Source: Octopus sinensis (Eukaryota). Taken from it: a DNA stretch of 64,000 nucleotides. Below are positions 51,968 through 64,000 of this stretch, one piece after another. The stretch lies in the NCBI RefSeq assembly GCF_006345805.1, contig NC_042999.1, forward strand, positions 10,602,001-10,666,000, read 5' to 3'. Within the stretch, counting starts at the first letter, position 1, and every line of letters begins with the position of its first letter. Made by a program: the position numbers and the translations under genes. Below the pieces are notes generated by a model. The model did no database searches. It saw nothing but the letters and a program-made list of their open reading frames with translations, and had not been told where the DNA came from.

Positions 51968-52137
51968 ATCATCATCATCGTTTAACGTCCGCTTTCCATG
52001 CTAGCATGGGTTGGACGATTTGACTGAGGGTAGGTGAACCAGATGGCCGCACCAGGCTCCAGTCTTGATTTGGCAGAGTTTCTACAGCTGGATGCCCTTC
52101 CTAACGCCAACCACTCCGAGAGTGTAGTGGGTGCTAT
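51968..52137 (-). mobile_element. RTE 3'-tail fragment
   Basis: Tail consensus, immediately right of the maT element. Confidence 0.85.
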
Positions 52138-52533
52138 TTGTTATTCCTTATTCATATCTATCATTATTCATATCTATTTGTTATTCCTTATTGTGATTTA
52201 ATCTCTGTTTTCCATATCAGCATCGATGGAACGGTTCAACAGGATGTGAGAAACTAAAGAATTATGCTAAGCTTCAGTGTCCACTTTGGCATAGTTTCTA
52301 CAGCTGGATGCTCTTCCTAATGCCAACCACTTTACATCATGGACTGGGTGCTTTTTTTTTGTGGCCCCCACTAGTGAAATTAAGTTCTTGCAAGAGAAGT
52401 CCCCTCAACTGATGGAAGTGAAAGTATGATGGAAGGATACACAAACAGGTGTCTTACTGAAGAGGAGATACATGGGGCTTTCCCAGCTGGAGAGAGAAGA
52501 CGAAGAGAGAGAGAATAAGGCAATAAAGGTGAC

Positions 52534-52574
<41 letters not shown>

Positions 52575-52698
52575 GAATGAAGAAAGGGTAGATAGGAAAG
52601 TTAGTGTGCTAGAGTGTGAAAGTATGAAAAGAGTGAGACTTGATTAGGGATGGGAATACATACATACACACACACATACACATATATATATATACAAA

Positions 52699-52729
<31 letters not shown>

Positions 52730-53190
52730 TACATTTATATATATATATACATCACTATACACAGATGAAACGAAGCAGTTGATTGAACATTAGTTTATAT
52801 TATTGATACTTACTTTCACTTGTAGCATTTCAGCCAAACTCACCAAAGTTATTAATCATAATGTCATTTTTGTATTTTTTAAATTTTATTTTAAAATTGA
52901 AATATTTAAGAAAACAAGAAAAGAAAATAATCACCAGCGTACATTATAAAACAAACAGCAGAAATTACACAAGTGAAGCACTTTTTGTGAAAATTTAAGA
53001 AGAAATAAGTTGGTTTTAAGACGAAAGTGTGTTCCATAGAATTCAGACACATGCGACAACATCCAAAGAGAAACGCCATGTGGATGGGTTTGTAAACATC
53101 AGGTAAAATAGCACAACTGACAAATGATGAAGAAGAAAATGGAAAGAAGCTGGAGATTATAAAGAAAATATTACATTGTTCTTTTATGTA

Positions 53191-53247
<57 letters not shown>

Positions 53248-53359
53248 GTATGTTCTTACATATTAGAATCAATAAACTTTTGTTACAGGTTGATATTAGA
53301 AAATAAATCAAGAAATGAAAATGAAAAATTTTGAAGTAAGTGGTGGACAAAGAAATGAT

Positions 53360-53580
53360 TTTCTAATTTTGGTACAAGACCAGCAATTTTAGCGGGAGGG
53401 GTGCAAATCGACTACACTGACCCCCAGAACTTGGCTGGTTTTTATTTTATCAACCATAAAAGGATGGATGAAAGGCAAAGATGACAGTGGCAGAATATGA
53501 ACTCAGAGTGTGGAGCCTGAAGAAATGCTGCTAAACATTTTGCCCAACGTGTGAAGGATTCTTGCCAGCTGAGCGCCTTA
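53360..53580 (-). mobile_element. SINE family B (diverged)
   Basis: Family B core. Confidence 0.75.
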
Positions 53581-54018
53581 AGTGATGAAAATAATGAGAA
53601 AGCACCATTAATCTTTAGTAATTGCAGAAATATATGCAGTTTTCTGATGAAAGTCAGAAATAACAAAAACATTTGAGAAATACAGGATTTTTTTAAAGAA
53701 AAGAAAGCATTCTAAATTTATACAGGTGTAGTAAAAGTCATTGGAACATAAAAGGACATGTCTGTTAATTAGTAATTAAGTTAAAACAACACACAAAAGA
53801 GAAGAAGAGAACATGCGAACAATATGACTGAACACCAATATTTAGCAAAAAAAAAAAAAAAAGAAAAAACAGGGCTGTTGTGTAATAAATAGATTTGTTT
53901 AATTAGCTGGCTGAGCTGATGTAAATAAACATAAAGAAATATATATATATAATATTAGGGAGTGTGGAAAAGCCGCCTAAAGAGATAGCTGACATATTAT
54001 ATATTGTTGTGTACTTAC

Positions 54019-54228
54019 ACTGCGTGCCAAAATGGTGCATGTCTGGGTTTGGTGAGACGACTTGAGGGATCCTGTGCGGACATGATCTCGACGCTTTTGG
54101 AAAAAAAACAAAAATCCAATGAAAAGGGGGAAAGTGGAGAGAAAGAGACACAAGGATATCTCCAAAACGACGTAAACGGAACAACAGTTTCCCATAAAGG
54201 TGATCACAGTCCGCGATATCAAGTCCAT
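54019..54228 (-). CDS. Probable first coding exon (MDLISRTVITFMGNCC...FLFFFQKRR...ILARS)
   Basis: Donor CAGT|GTAAGT at 54018. The phase-0 frame matches the 37419 acceptor. In-frame ATGs at 54291, 54228 (best context, actATGg) and 54195, with an in-frame stop just upstream of 54291. The other two frames are also open to this donor, so the frame assignment is uncertain. Confidence 0.45.
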
Positions 54229-55279
54229 AGTAAATGATGAAATAATAATAACAGTAATTGTAACGAAACACACTTGTACACTTATATACATGTATACTTA
54301 AAAAAAAAAAAAGGTAAAATCTATTGATCCAATGCTCTGGTGAAGCAGAGTGCAACGTTGGGAAACGTTCCGAATATTTTAAAAGCCTCATCGATGGTTG
54401 TGGTGGAGAACATGTTGATAACAGTGATGACAATGGTACAGGTGAGGACTTTGGTGTTGGTGATGACGAAAATTTAGACATGGAATGGAACCATGTAGAG
54501 TTTGGTCAGAAGTTAATGTGGTCCTTATTTTCCTGAATCTTTCATTTTGGGACAAGAATGGCAGGAAATGCAGTAGAAGCAGAACATTTCTTGAACTTGA
54601 TTCAAAGATCATTGTGTGTGTGTGTGCAGGTGTGTATAAGTTTGGAAGGATTAAAGGCTGATTTGAGAACAGATATTAATTGGAGTGTTCTGTAGAAAAG
54701 TCTCAGCAAACCACCTGAAGTGGTGCTGGTGATCGTGGTTGACCGAAAGTCATTTCGAGGAAGAATTACAAACATAGAAAACTAAGTTGAAAGTTGTTTG
54801 GTTTGCTTATCAGACACAGGTCCTTGTTTTTGGGGGTAAAAGGAACCAACAGAGAGACAATCGGCAGCAGCAGAACGAAATCTCAATGAAAGGAAAATAA
54901 AATATTCCAGATGCAATAAAAAATATTAAAGCAGAAAAGAAAGTGGAGGTGGGGATCAGTCTTCCATCAGCAAATAAGTAGCAATGGGAAACAAACAAAC
55001 ACGGGAAAAAGGGGCTGGTCCCTTTTCGTGTTTCTGCATGTGATTATATTTTCAATATCTGTGATAAAAATCTCTTTCTCTCTCTCTCTGTTCCTCTAAA
55101 ATATCCATTTCTTTCCTCTCCCTCTCGTCTCTTTCTCCCTGTTATGTCATTGAGATTACACAAGTTAATGCCCAGACGAGTTTTTGGTTTCTTCCTTTTC
55201 TCATTTCTTCTTCTTCTTCTTCTTCTTCTATTTTTTTTCCTTTTCAGCTTTGGGTGTTGTTAAATCGTAGACGTCCCAT

Positions 55280-55600
55280 TGGTACGTTGTCAAAACTGAA
55301 GTTGTCAACTTAGTAGGGTAACACACTGACTGCGTACTCGAGCTGGACGTGTGTGTGTATAGCATATATAGAAGTTTGCAAAGATGACGATAATGACAAC
55401 AATAACAAGATGACAAGAACGTCTGCAGCAGCAGCAGCATCATGGGAAGAACAGCGAAAGCAATGACATCGTTGGCGGCGGAGGAGGGTTTGTCGCAGCG
55501 TGTAGGAGGCGGGGGGGGGAAGTGGGGGGCGGACAGGAGCAGGACAACAAATCAGTCAGCCGGGCTACAAGTTGCCAGTTAATAACAAGAACTACTATGA
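55280..55600 (-). promoter_or_regulatory. Likely promoter / 5' end of the minus-strand gene
   Basis: Locally CpG-rich and repeat-free, with GC-box-like GGGCGG/GGCGGG motifs at about 55505-55535. Lies upstream of the first-exon candidate and is followed by long (GA)n tracts. The TSS is not determinable from sequence alone. Confidence 0.5.
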
Positions 55601-55689
55601 AAAGTTGAGGACAGTTCATTGATAAGGATAAGAACAGTTTTAACTTTCATTTGGTGGAGTGGAGTGGTTATTATGAGTGCTAAATAGTG

Positions 55690-56326
55690 GTCCCGTCTGA
55701 ATATGAGAGAGGGAGAGAGAGAGAGAGAGAGAGAGGTATATAGATGGCTGAGAGAGAGAGAGAGAGAGAGAGAAATAAGTATTGGGAAGGGCGACGAAAG
55801 CGAAAACATGGAATTGGAGAGGCTTGGAAAGTTGATGTGAGAGGAGGGGGTGGAGTGAGAAATGAAAAAAAAAATATAAACAGACAAAAAAAAAAATCAA
55901 CAATAAAACTATATCAGAAGTAAGAGAGAGAACAACAGAGACAAAGAAGGTTTGTGGAATAAAGAGAAAGAGGGAAAAAAAAACAAGAATATAATGTAAA
56001 TAGAAAAATGGGAGGAACAGAAATCAATGGAGGAATGAGAAAGGAGGAGATGGAGGGGAAGAGTAAGAAGAGAAATAGGAAACTGGAGAAACAAGATCCC
56101 CGACCTCACCTGAAAGCAGAGGGGAGGAGGCTGGATAGGGAGAGAGAGAGAGACAGTAGGAGGAGGATGGTGGAGAGTAAGGGAAAAAAAAGGGTCACAT
56201 GAGAATAGAAAGAAAAGTGAGAGAAAAGAGAAAGAGTATGAGAAAGGGGGGTGGTGGGAAAATCAGGCTTGTTGGGGAGAGATTAGAGAGAGAGAGAGAG
56301 GAAAGTAAAAAATAATCAGCCAGCTA

Positions 56327-56392
<66 letters not shown>
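55690..56392. repeat. Purine-rich region with several (GA)n tracts
   Basis: Visible (GA)n runs at about 55703-55772, 56140-56152 and 56283-56390. Confidence 0.9.
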
Positions 56393-56393
<1 letters not shown>

Positions 56394-56713
56394 AGGTGGT
56401 TGCAGGAAAGCTGATGGCTATAATAGAGATTAGGTTTTAGTATATTTATTGGAGACTGAGAACTGGATGCAAGTGTTAAAGGAATCAGCTGAGTTAGTTT
56501 TAGCAAAATTGTTGCAAATTTCATTAATATATGTAGACATAGAAAGAAAATTAAAGTTGCATGCAGTAAAGCAAGCACACACACACACACGGCTGAAAGG
56601 AGAAGCCAAAACGAGACAAATTTCAGTGGCTAACGAGTATAGTAATCAGCTGTCAGTCTAGTATCAATATAAATTAATTCTCTCACTCTGCCCTCCTCTC
56701 CAATTTCTCTCAC

Positions 56714-56751
<38 letters not shown>

Positions 56752-57134
56752 TTGTATATGTGTACATAGAAAAAAAACACATAAATTATGCATATATAAA
56801 CTCTGTGTGTGTGCACACGCACATTAATGTATACATAAAACATTGGTGTGTTTATATATGTGTATATAAACACACACACATGAATATCTGCATACACATA
56901 TTTATACAATGTATAAAAAAACAAACCAAGATACAAAAAAAAAAGACGATAAGGTTGGTTTCCTGGATTCTGTGATGGTAAATATTCCTGCCCAGAACAG
57001 GAAGTTGGCTCATTACAGGATTACTCATTGTTGATAGTTGAGAGGAGCATCATGAAATGAAAAGTCTTGCTCAAGAGTGCAATGCATTGGCTGGTCAAGG
57101 AATTAAAGCCATGTGCCTCCACATGTGGTATATA

Positions 57135-57346
57135 TACTCTTTTACTCTTATACTTGTTTCAGTCATTTGACTGTGGCCATGCTGGAGCACCACCTTTAAT
57201 CGAGTAACTCGACTCCAGGACTTATTCTTTTGTAAGCCCAGTACTTATTCTATCGGTCTCTTTTGCCGAACCGCTAAGTAACGGAGATGTAAACACACCA
57301 GCATCGGTTGTCAAGCAATGCTAGGGGGACAAACACAGACACACAA

Positions 57347-57393
<47 letters not shown>

Positions 57394-57564
57394 CATATAT
57401 ACGATGGGCTTCTTTCAGTTTCCGTCTACCAAATCCACTCACAAGGCATTGGTCGGCCCGGGGCTATAGCAGAAGACACTTGCCCAAGGTGCCACGCAGT
57501 GGGACTGAACCCGGAACCATGTGGTTGGTTAGCAAGCTACTTACCACACAGCCACTCCTGCGCC
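57135..57564 (-). mobile_element. Full-length tRNA-derived SINE, family A
   Basis: Near-identical to 4320-4721. Confidence 0.92.
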
Positions 57565-58499
57565 ATATATATATATATGTGGAAAGTAGACTGTGGTGAG
57601 GTTAAATAAGATTGAAACCTATCCATAACTGCAGCCCTTGTCTACTAAGAAAGATCGGATTCCTACATAAATCCTGCAAACTAAATTTCCTGTGACAATG
57701 CATGGTCTCCGACCTAAACTATCTAAATTCATTTCATTGATTCACTTGAAATATTTCCCTCAGCTCACTTTATTTTGCAAATTATTCAAAAATATCTTTT
57801 TAACTCTTGGCTAGTAAAAAAAACCCAAAACAAAACAAAACAAAGACCTTGCTGTCAATTGACCAAAGCAAGCTTTAATGGACTGTGATTGTTATATTGA
57901 TGCAGATTATTAAGACAACGGCAGCTGTCATCATCATCATCCTGGCTAACAAAGTTCACATTTTCTTTCTCTCAGAACAAGAAAAATTTTAATCAATTTT
58001 CTGAAAAATTCGTTTCTTGTAGTTTCAGTAAATTATCTCCCCTTTTTGTTGACAGTTGCTAACAACTGCCACATCGCAGCATTCGATTCACTCAGCACCA
58101 ACTAAAAGCCAAAACCAAATTCATTGACAAATTCTTTTGTACATAGCATCACAATAGGCAAGAATTTACCTGAATTTGTCACTGGCCTGTTAGAGTTATT
58201 TCCCTTAGCTCACGTTCTGCATGCACACACACACACACACAATTATTCTACAAACCCAGCCACCACCATTTCGATGTCTGTATTTTCATGTTTCTTTGTC
58301 ATTTCCTTCAAGGGTTGAGTTTCTTGAGATCAGTCTAAGCCCCCCCGTTCACTTGAACACTTGGTACTTCTTTATACAATTGACAACCTCCACACACTTC
58401 CAATTCCCAAGACAGTCTCCTCTCTTGCAAACTACATCTGACTCTTCTGCACACTTTTTTTTTTGCTTTTTTTTTTGTTTTTTTCAGCTCATGTGGGCT

Positions 58500-59330
58500 C
58501 TGCCCTACTTGCACACCAACAGAGCATGGTCACTTCACAGACCTTCTGCATTCAAAGCCCCTATATCATAACCAAACAACATTACACACACTGTACACAA
58601 GCATCATAGAATGTGCTCTTTACCGAGACTGAAGCCTTTTGGTTACCAGCAGAGGCAATAATCCCTCAGCTTTTCTCAACCTGTTCCCAGGAACCCAGAT
58701 TACACTAACAACATTAGCTAAAAAAACAAATGCTAATGAGTTTTCCAATCCTTTGAAAGAATTTATTTCATAAGCATTCCTACTGATAACTACTTCTGTA
58801 CAAAGTCTATTGTCTCTTCTCTGCCAGCCTGTCAGTGATCCCAACGCATCACTTATGCCCACAGTTTACATTGACTACAGCATCAACCAACTCCTTTTCT
58901 ACATATCAAGCATGACTATTTCCTTCATTGTAAAAGGGTCTCATTTTCTTTTTTATAAAAAAATCTCTAGTCTTTACTACATTTTCTTAGGGACCTCTTC
59001 ATTCTAGGTTTTGTCTCCATGTCAGGAATTTCTTCTCTAAATCTGTAACATTTTCAACTGTAAGAACTCCATCCTCAGCACAGAGAAGTTCCCACAATCT
59101 GTTTTAAATTCATTTGTTATAGCTTATAATAAAATAAGAGAGGGATGAGAACTGAATTTAGATTGATTTTTCCCTGGACACTAAATTTATCACTGAAGTC
59201 ACCTTGCTGACAGCAGCTCTGTGCATGGCTTGCACAACCTTTACACATAAGCATGAACCCATTGTTAGAAATTATCACAAATACACAATTGAAAACCTTT
59301 TCATCGACATGAAAGCACAAACCAGCAAAC
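58500..59330 (-). mobile_element. Degenerate RTE LINE RT fragment
   Basis: ELLCAEDGVL...DLEKKFLTW (ELLYADDL-like) and EGLLPLLVTKRL motifs. Confidence 0.65.
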
Positions 59331-60099
59331 TAAAGACCATAGTTCAAATAACGAATATGATATAGAAATGTAAAAGGGGAAGTCTTGACCTTCATGGCTC
59401 AGACTGTAATACGAGATACACATGAACAACTCTTTCTCACAGACTGATCATAGATTTTGTTTATAAGAAAGCTTTACAAACACTAAGATATCAACCAAAA
59501 ATTGCCACAAACAAATATAGCACATGTAAGCCATGAATGCTTCCAAAACTTAATCAGTGGACAAGAATTAAATTGAGCATCAACACTAATAGTACTGCCA
59601 TGATTCAATAGAACCTCCTGCAAAGTGCACAAGCAACACAATACCATCATTTCATTCTTGCGGTAATGAGGGGGAAAGTTTTGAGATATTAATGGACTAA
59701 TTAATTTTGGAATAATACAGGTCCAGATTAAACACAGAGAAATATTAAAGAAAATGAAAAATCTGAGATGAACAAAGATTAAGCTCAAACATAAGTTTTA
59801 CTATAACAAGTTTGAAAGAAAAGCTGACCCTTGTTTACACAAACAGTGTGTGTGTGGGTATGCATGCATGTGTATGTGTGTGAATCCAACAAGGAACGTT
59901 TGTACCACAGCACATTACTGGTATAAAAGTCTTATTTTATGTCTGTCTGTCTATTACATAAATATGTACATTTTAAGAGTATGTGAGTGTGTATCTGTTT
60001 ATAGACATTTTACGTATCATACTGGAAGTAAATACATCAGTGAAAGGCAAATTTACTGAAGTGTTCATCCTGAGATAATATCTCTAATGGATGTACTGT

Positions 60100-60960
60100 G
60101 TTTAAAAACAATATATATATATACTGGAGGCTAATGGATACATTTAATCTATAATTGTTACCCATGCTGGCAAGAGCTGAATGGTTTGAATGGAGCACCA
60201 GACTACACTGTCTGTTCTGGATGCTTTTTATCAATTCTGCTGTAGCAGATGGGTCTTCTTGAGTACAGCAAGGCTTTGAGTGACTCAGTGCCCTGAGATT
60301 GGCATTCAATACTTCATCCCATGTCTCCCTCTTCCACAAATTCCATCCACTTTGAGTGAACAGCACTTCTGTAAGCAACTGATGACATCGATCTGCATCA
60401 CATGACCAAACCAGCACAATCTTTTCTCTTGCACACTGCATCCAATTCTTCTTATGCCCAACATCTCTCTCACTACACTAGCACTCTGTTGCACATGTAC
60501 ACTAACATTACACATCCAGCAGAGAATACTAGCTTCATTCCTCTCTAGCCTTCGCATGTCTTCGGTATTCAGGGCCCACATCTCGCTACCATGTAGCATT
60601 GCAGTTCATACACAAACACCATACAATTTTCCTTTCACTGAGAGAGAGAGAGAGACCTTTGGTTACCAACAGAGGTGAAAGCTCTCTGAATTTTCTCCAT
60701 CCTATTCATATTCCAGTAATTACACTTTCCATGCATCCTTCCACAAAGCTAATTAGGTCCTCCAAGTAGCAGAAATTATCTATCCACTACTTCTAAAAAG
60801 CCTCCAGGGCATTTGAGAAAGTCAAGATCCAGACATCTGTAGCTTTTACGGCTCTTGGGCATCGTCCACATATAAGCACTATCTTCTCTGATAATTTTCC
60901 TATTATACCACTGCACCTCGTGTCCATAGCTCACACTGGGTACACTGTGTGTGTATATAA
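60100..60960 (-). mobile_element. RTE LINE C-terminal fragment
   Basis: MLHGSEMWAL...RLERNE...RLCWFGHV...GRGR, the typical RTE C-terminal motifs. Confidence 0.88.
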
Positions 60961-61030
60961 ATATCTATGCCTGAATACATGGTGAACTTAGCTGAGTGTA
61001 AAGAGTTATACATTTATATTTATATATACA

Positions 61031-61395
61031 TACTCTCTTTTACTCTTTTACTTGTTTCAGTCATTTGACTGCGGCCATGCTGGAGCACCACCTTTTAGTA
61101 CTTATTCTATCGGTCTCTTTTTGCCGAACTGCTAAGTGACGGGGACGTAAACACACCAGCATCGGTTGTCAAGCAATGCTAGGGGACAAACACAGACACA
61201 CAAACACACACACATATACATATATATACATATATACGACAGGCTTCTTTCAGTTTCCGTCTACCAAATCCACTCACAAGGTTTTGGTCGGCCCGGGGCT
61301 ATAGCAGAAGACAGTTGCCCAAGATGCCACGCAGTGGGACTGAACCCGCAACCGTGTGGTTGGTTAGCAAGCTACTTACCACACAGCCACTCCTG
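61031..61395 (-). mobile_element. tRNA-derived SINE, family A
   Basis: Near-identical to 4320-4721 with a short internal deletion. Confidence 0.9.
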
Positions 61396-62399
61396 ATTTC
61401 ATTACATTCACCTTCCATATTGCTAAATGCTAAATACATAGAAACATGTACATCATGTACATACCTAAACATGTTGAGAGAGAATATATAAAACATGATC
61501 TTGAAGAGATCAGTTTTGTGAAATATTGTTTAGATTAGTTTTTCTAAAAATATAGCAATGAGTGTTTTCTGGTTCAGTTAATATCTGAACATTTATTTGA
61601 ACAGTCAATAATTTCTGAGGCAACAGGCTCAGGTTTTCAGCTGAAACAAGGGTGACACGAAACTCGGATTACAAACTTTTATTAAAGAATAACATACTGA
61701 GTTCAGGAATTTACCAGTTCTTGGTGAAATTACCTGCTCCTCCCTAGTTTCCTCATCTGTAAACATTTCTTAGTCTCCCATAAACTCTTGCAACCAGCAG
61801 CACCCACAGACACCCTCCATTCACTTCTACTCATTTCACTCCCTGACCCTTCCCCCTGGAACCTCATCACAAATGTTCTTATCTCTTTCTCAATCACTCA
61901 CACCTTCTCTTCTCTAATATGAATAACACTGCAGCCTGTCTACAGCAAGAAACATTTTCAATCCTGCTCCCTTCTCTCACACTTTTAACCCCATCATATT
62001 GTAGCCTAAAGTAGCCTCCCTCATTTGAAGGGAATATTCACCTTGCCAACTCCATGGAGACCTGGATAGTGTTGGTGCCATTAACAAAAACAAAAACAAA
62101 AGAAGTGCATCCTGCCATAGAAATCACACCAAAGCAAACACTGGATGATGCTGTAATCCTCAGACCTATCAGGTCCTGTTCAACCAGCCCACCCATGCCA
62201 GTATAGGACATGAACATTAAATGATGCTGATTATATATATATATTCATGCACACTCACACACATTCACACAAAGGGACAGCCTGGTGTAGTCTGAACCCA
62301 TGGAGGGACGTAGTTAAGTGCCCTTTATCATCCACATTAAGGAACCAGCAACCTTGGCTGAAGTAACTGCTGACATCAAAACCTTAACAATAGTCTTTT

Positions 62400-62600
62400 C
62401 TACTCTCGGCACAATGCCTGAAATTTTGGGGGAGGGGGCCAGTCGATTAGACTGACCCCAATACACGACTCGTACATAATTTATTGACCCCGAAAGGATG
62501 AAAGACAAAGTCAACCTCGGCGGAATTTGAACTCAGAACGTAAAGACAAACAAAATACCGCTAAGCATTTTGCTAACATTTCTACCAACTCACCACCTTC
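62400..62600 (-). mobile_element. SINE family B
   Basis: Family B core. Confidence 0.82.
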
Positions 62601-63604
62601 CTGGGTTGGACAATATTTCAATAGAGATGTTGACAGAGCATGCTCCTCTCTGCACAAGAAGTCTCCATCTTTACTTAACTGAAACTAGGACACTGGGAAA
62701 ATGCCAACATCATCACCCTTTAATACTAATTTAGGTCATCACTACTGTGCGTAACAGGAAGAGGAGATTTACAAATTTAGGTGAGCAACCAACACTTTAG
62801 AGACCATGCCACAGTATTTCCCTGTTGGCTATATCAGAGGCCCTTGATAGGAGGTCAGCAAATGCAATGAAGAGATACTGTGTTGTTGCTTGTTTGTCTT
62901 CTGAATCTATCTTGCACTGAAGATTGTATCTATGCTAGCTTAGTTCCTGCAGAAGCCATGTCTTCTAAAAGTATAAACTTGACTAGGAATTTCCCAACAA
63001 TAAACAGTAGTGCTATACCCACCACTGTTGCAGCAAACAAATTTATCTCCTTAATCCTTGTATATTGGTGATAATGTTCTTAAGCTGATGTTTAGAACAT
63101 GAATTAACTTGAAAGTTTGATGGAAGGTTTTAAGATCACTTCAAAGGCAAGTTTGCATCAAGAACTAATGGTTGTCTCAAGCATGCAGATATCAAAAGGG
63201 TTAAGCTCTATTAGCTTTACAATTAAACACACACACACACACACATTAATACGTGTATGAACATGAATGAAAAAAGGAAAAGAAACAAGAATATCTTGGA
63301 CGAAAGACAATGAGAAACCTCAAAGTAAAAGTAGTATCAGATGTTTAGAAGACTGGAAAAGACTAAGTGGTAACCAAGGAATCCTATATAGATATGTATC
63401 TACATCTGAGAACATGCGCTCATGTTATATCGTGTGTGTTTACAGCGGCATGAGATAAATCAACTTTTGTGTACAAACTTATGAAAATGTAGTTGAAAAT
63501 GTCTAGGTGGGTAGTTGACATGTGGTCATATAGTTTTGCATATGATACAGTCTTCTCTCTCTATATATATATGTATGTGTGTATACCTATATATATATAT
63601 ATAT

Positions 63605-63743
63605 GTATATGGGTGTTCCTTTCTGGAGAAGAGCGTATGCTCAAAATGTTAAAGACTTTTTCACTTCTCGAGTGTTAAACTAATACATCTGTTTGTTGTC
63701 TACACCACCTGTCTTTGTCTTTATTCTTTTTGTGAATTATCCC

Positions 63744-63745
<2 letters not shown>
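63605..63745 (+). mobile_element. Decayed Penelope-like pLTR fragment with hammerhead relic at 63619-63654
   Basis: cttt-CTGGAGA-a-gagc-gtat-gctc-AAA-ATGT-T-aaag: stems I and II intact, three core substitutions. Flanks loosely resemble the 15.4 kb copy. Confidence 0.5.
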
Positions 63746-63781
<36 letters not shown>

Positions 63782-63784
63782 ATA

Positions 63785-64000
63785 TCATCATCATCATCAT
63801 CGTTTAATGTCCACTTTCCATGCTGGCATGGGTTGGACGATTTGACTGAGGACTGGCGAACCAGATGGCTGCACCAGGCCCAATCTTGATCTGGTGGAGT
63901 TCTACAGCTGGATGCACTTCCTTGTGCCAACCACTCCGAGAGTGCAGTGGATGCTTTTATGCACCACTGGTACGAGGGCCAGCCAGGTGGTACTGGCAAC
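63785..64000 (-). mobile_element. RTE 3'-tail fragment (runs off the window)
   Basis: Tail consensus, reverse complemented. Confidence 0.8.

Noticed and set aside
54004-54536. Plus-strand acidic ORFs and splice-like signals (donor 54314, acceptor 55247) suggesting an antisense gene
   Set aside because: Explained as antisense mirrors of Ser/Pro-rich minus-strand frames and of purine/pyrimidine strand bias. No coherent gene model.
3826-63999. Recurring ORFs containing LQLDALPN(A/T)NHS as a multigene peptide family
   Set aside because: All are antisense translations of the RTE 3' tail repeat.

Overview
Eukaryotic, AT-rich, microsatellite- and retroposon-dense DNA. The SINE and LINE families look like those of Octopus (recognised from memory, not searched). 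Most of the window (about 9.5-55.5 kb) is one large gene on the minus strand. Two coding exons are well supported (37419-36102 and 9777-9491, splice phases compatible). A probable first coding exon ends at 54019, and a CpG/GC-box-rich 5' region at about 55.3-55.6 kb is followed by GA tracts. The joined frame gives about 600 aa of Ser-rich, mostly disordered protein that I cannot name, and it continues past the left edge of the window. The rest is TE debris: RTE, R4/Dong-type and L2/Crack-type LINEs, several tRNA-derived SINE families, a DD37D (maT) Tc1/mariner element, mariner and MULE relics, and hAT and piggyBac MITEs with intact TSDs. Most notable observations: (1) minimal Penelope-type hammerhead ribozyme cores at four sites, two of them in a head-to-head palindrome of a tRNA-headed SINE-like unit (32.9-33.45 kb); (2) a same-orientation stack of R4/Dong elements in (AAT)n arrays (43.7-46.7 kb); (3) chains of one SINE family in (ATT)n arrays. 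Most short ORFs in the supplied track are spurious translations of repeats.
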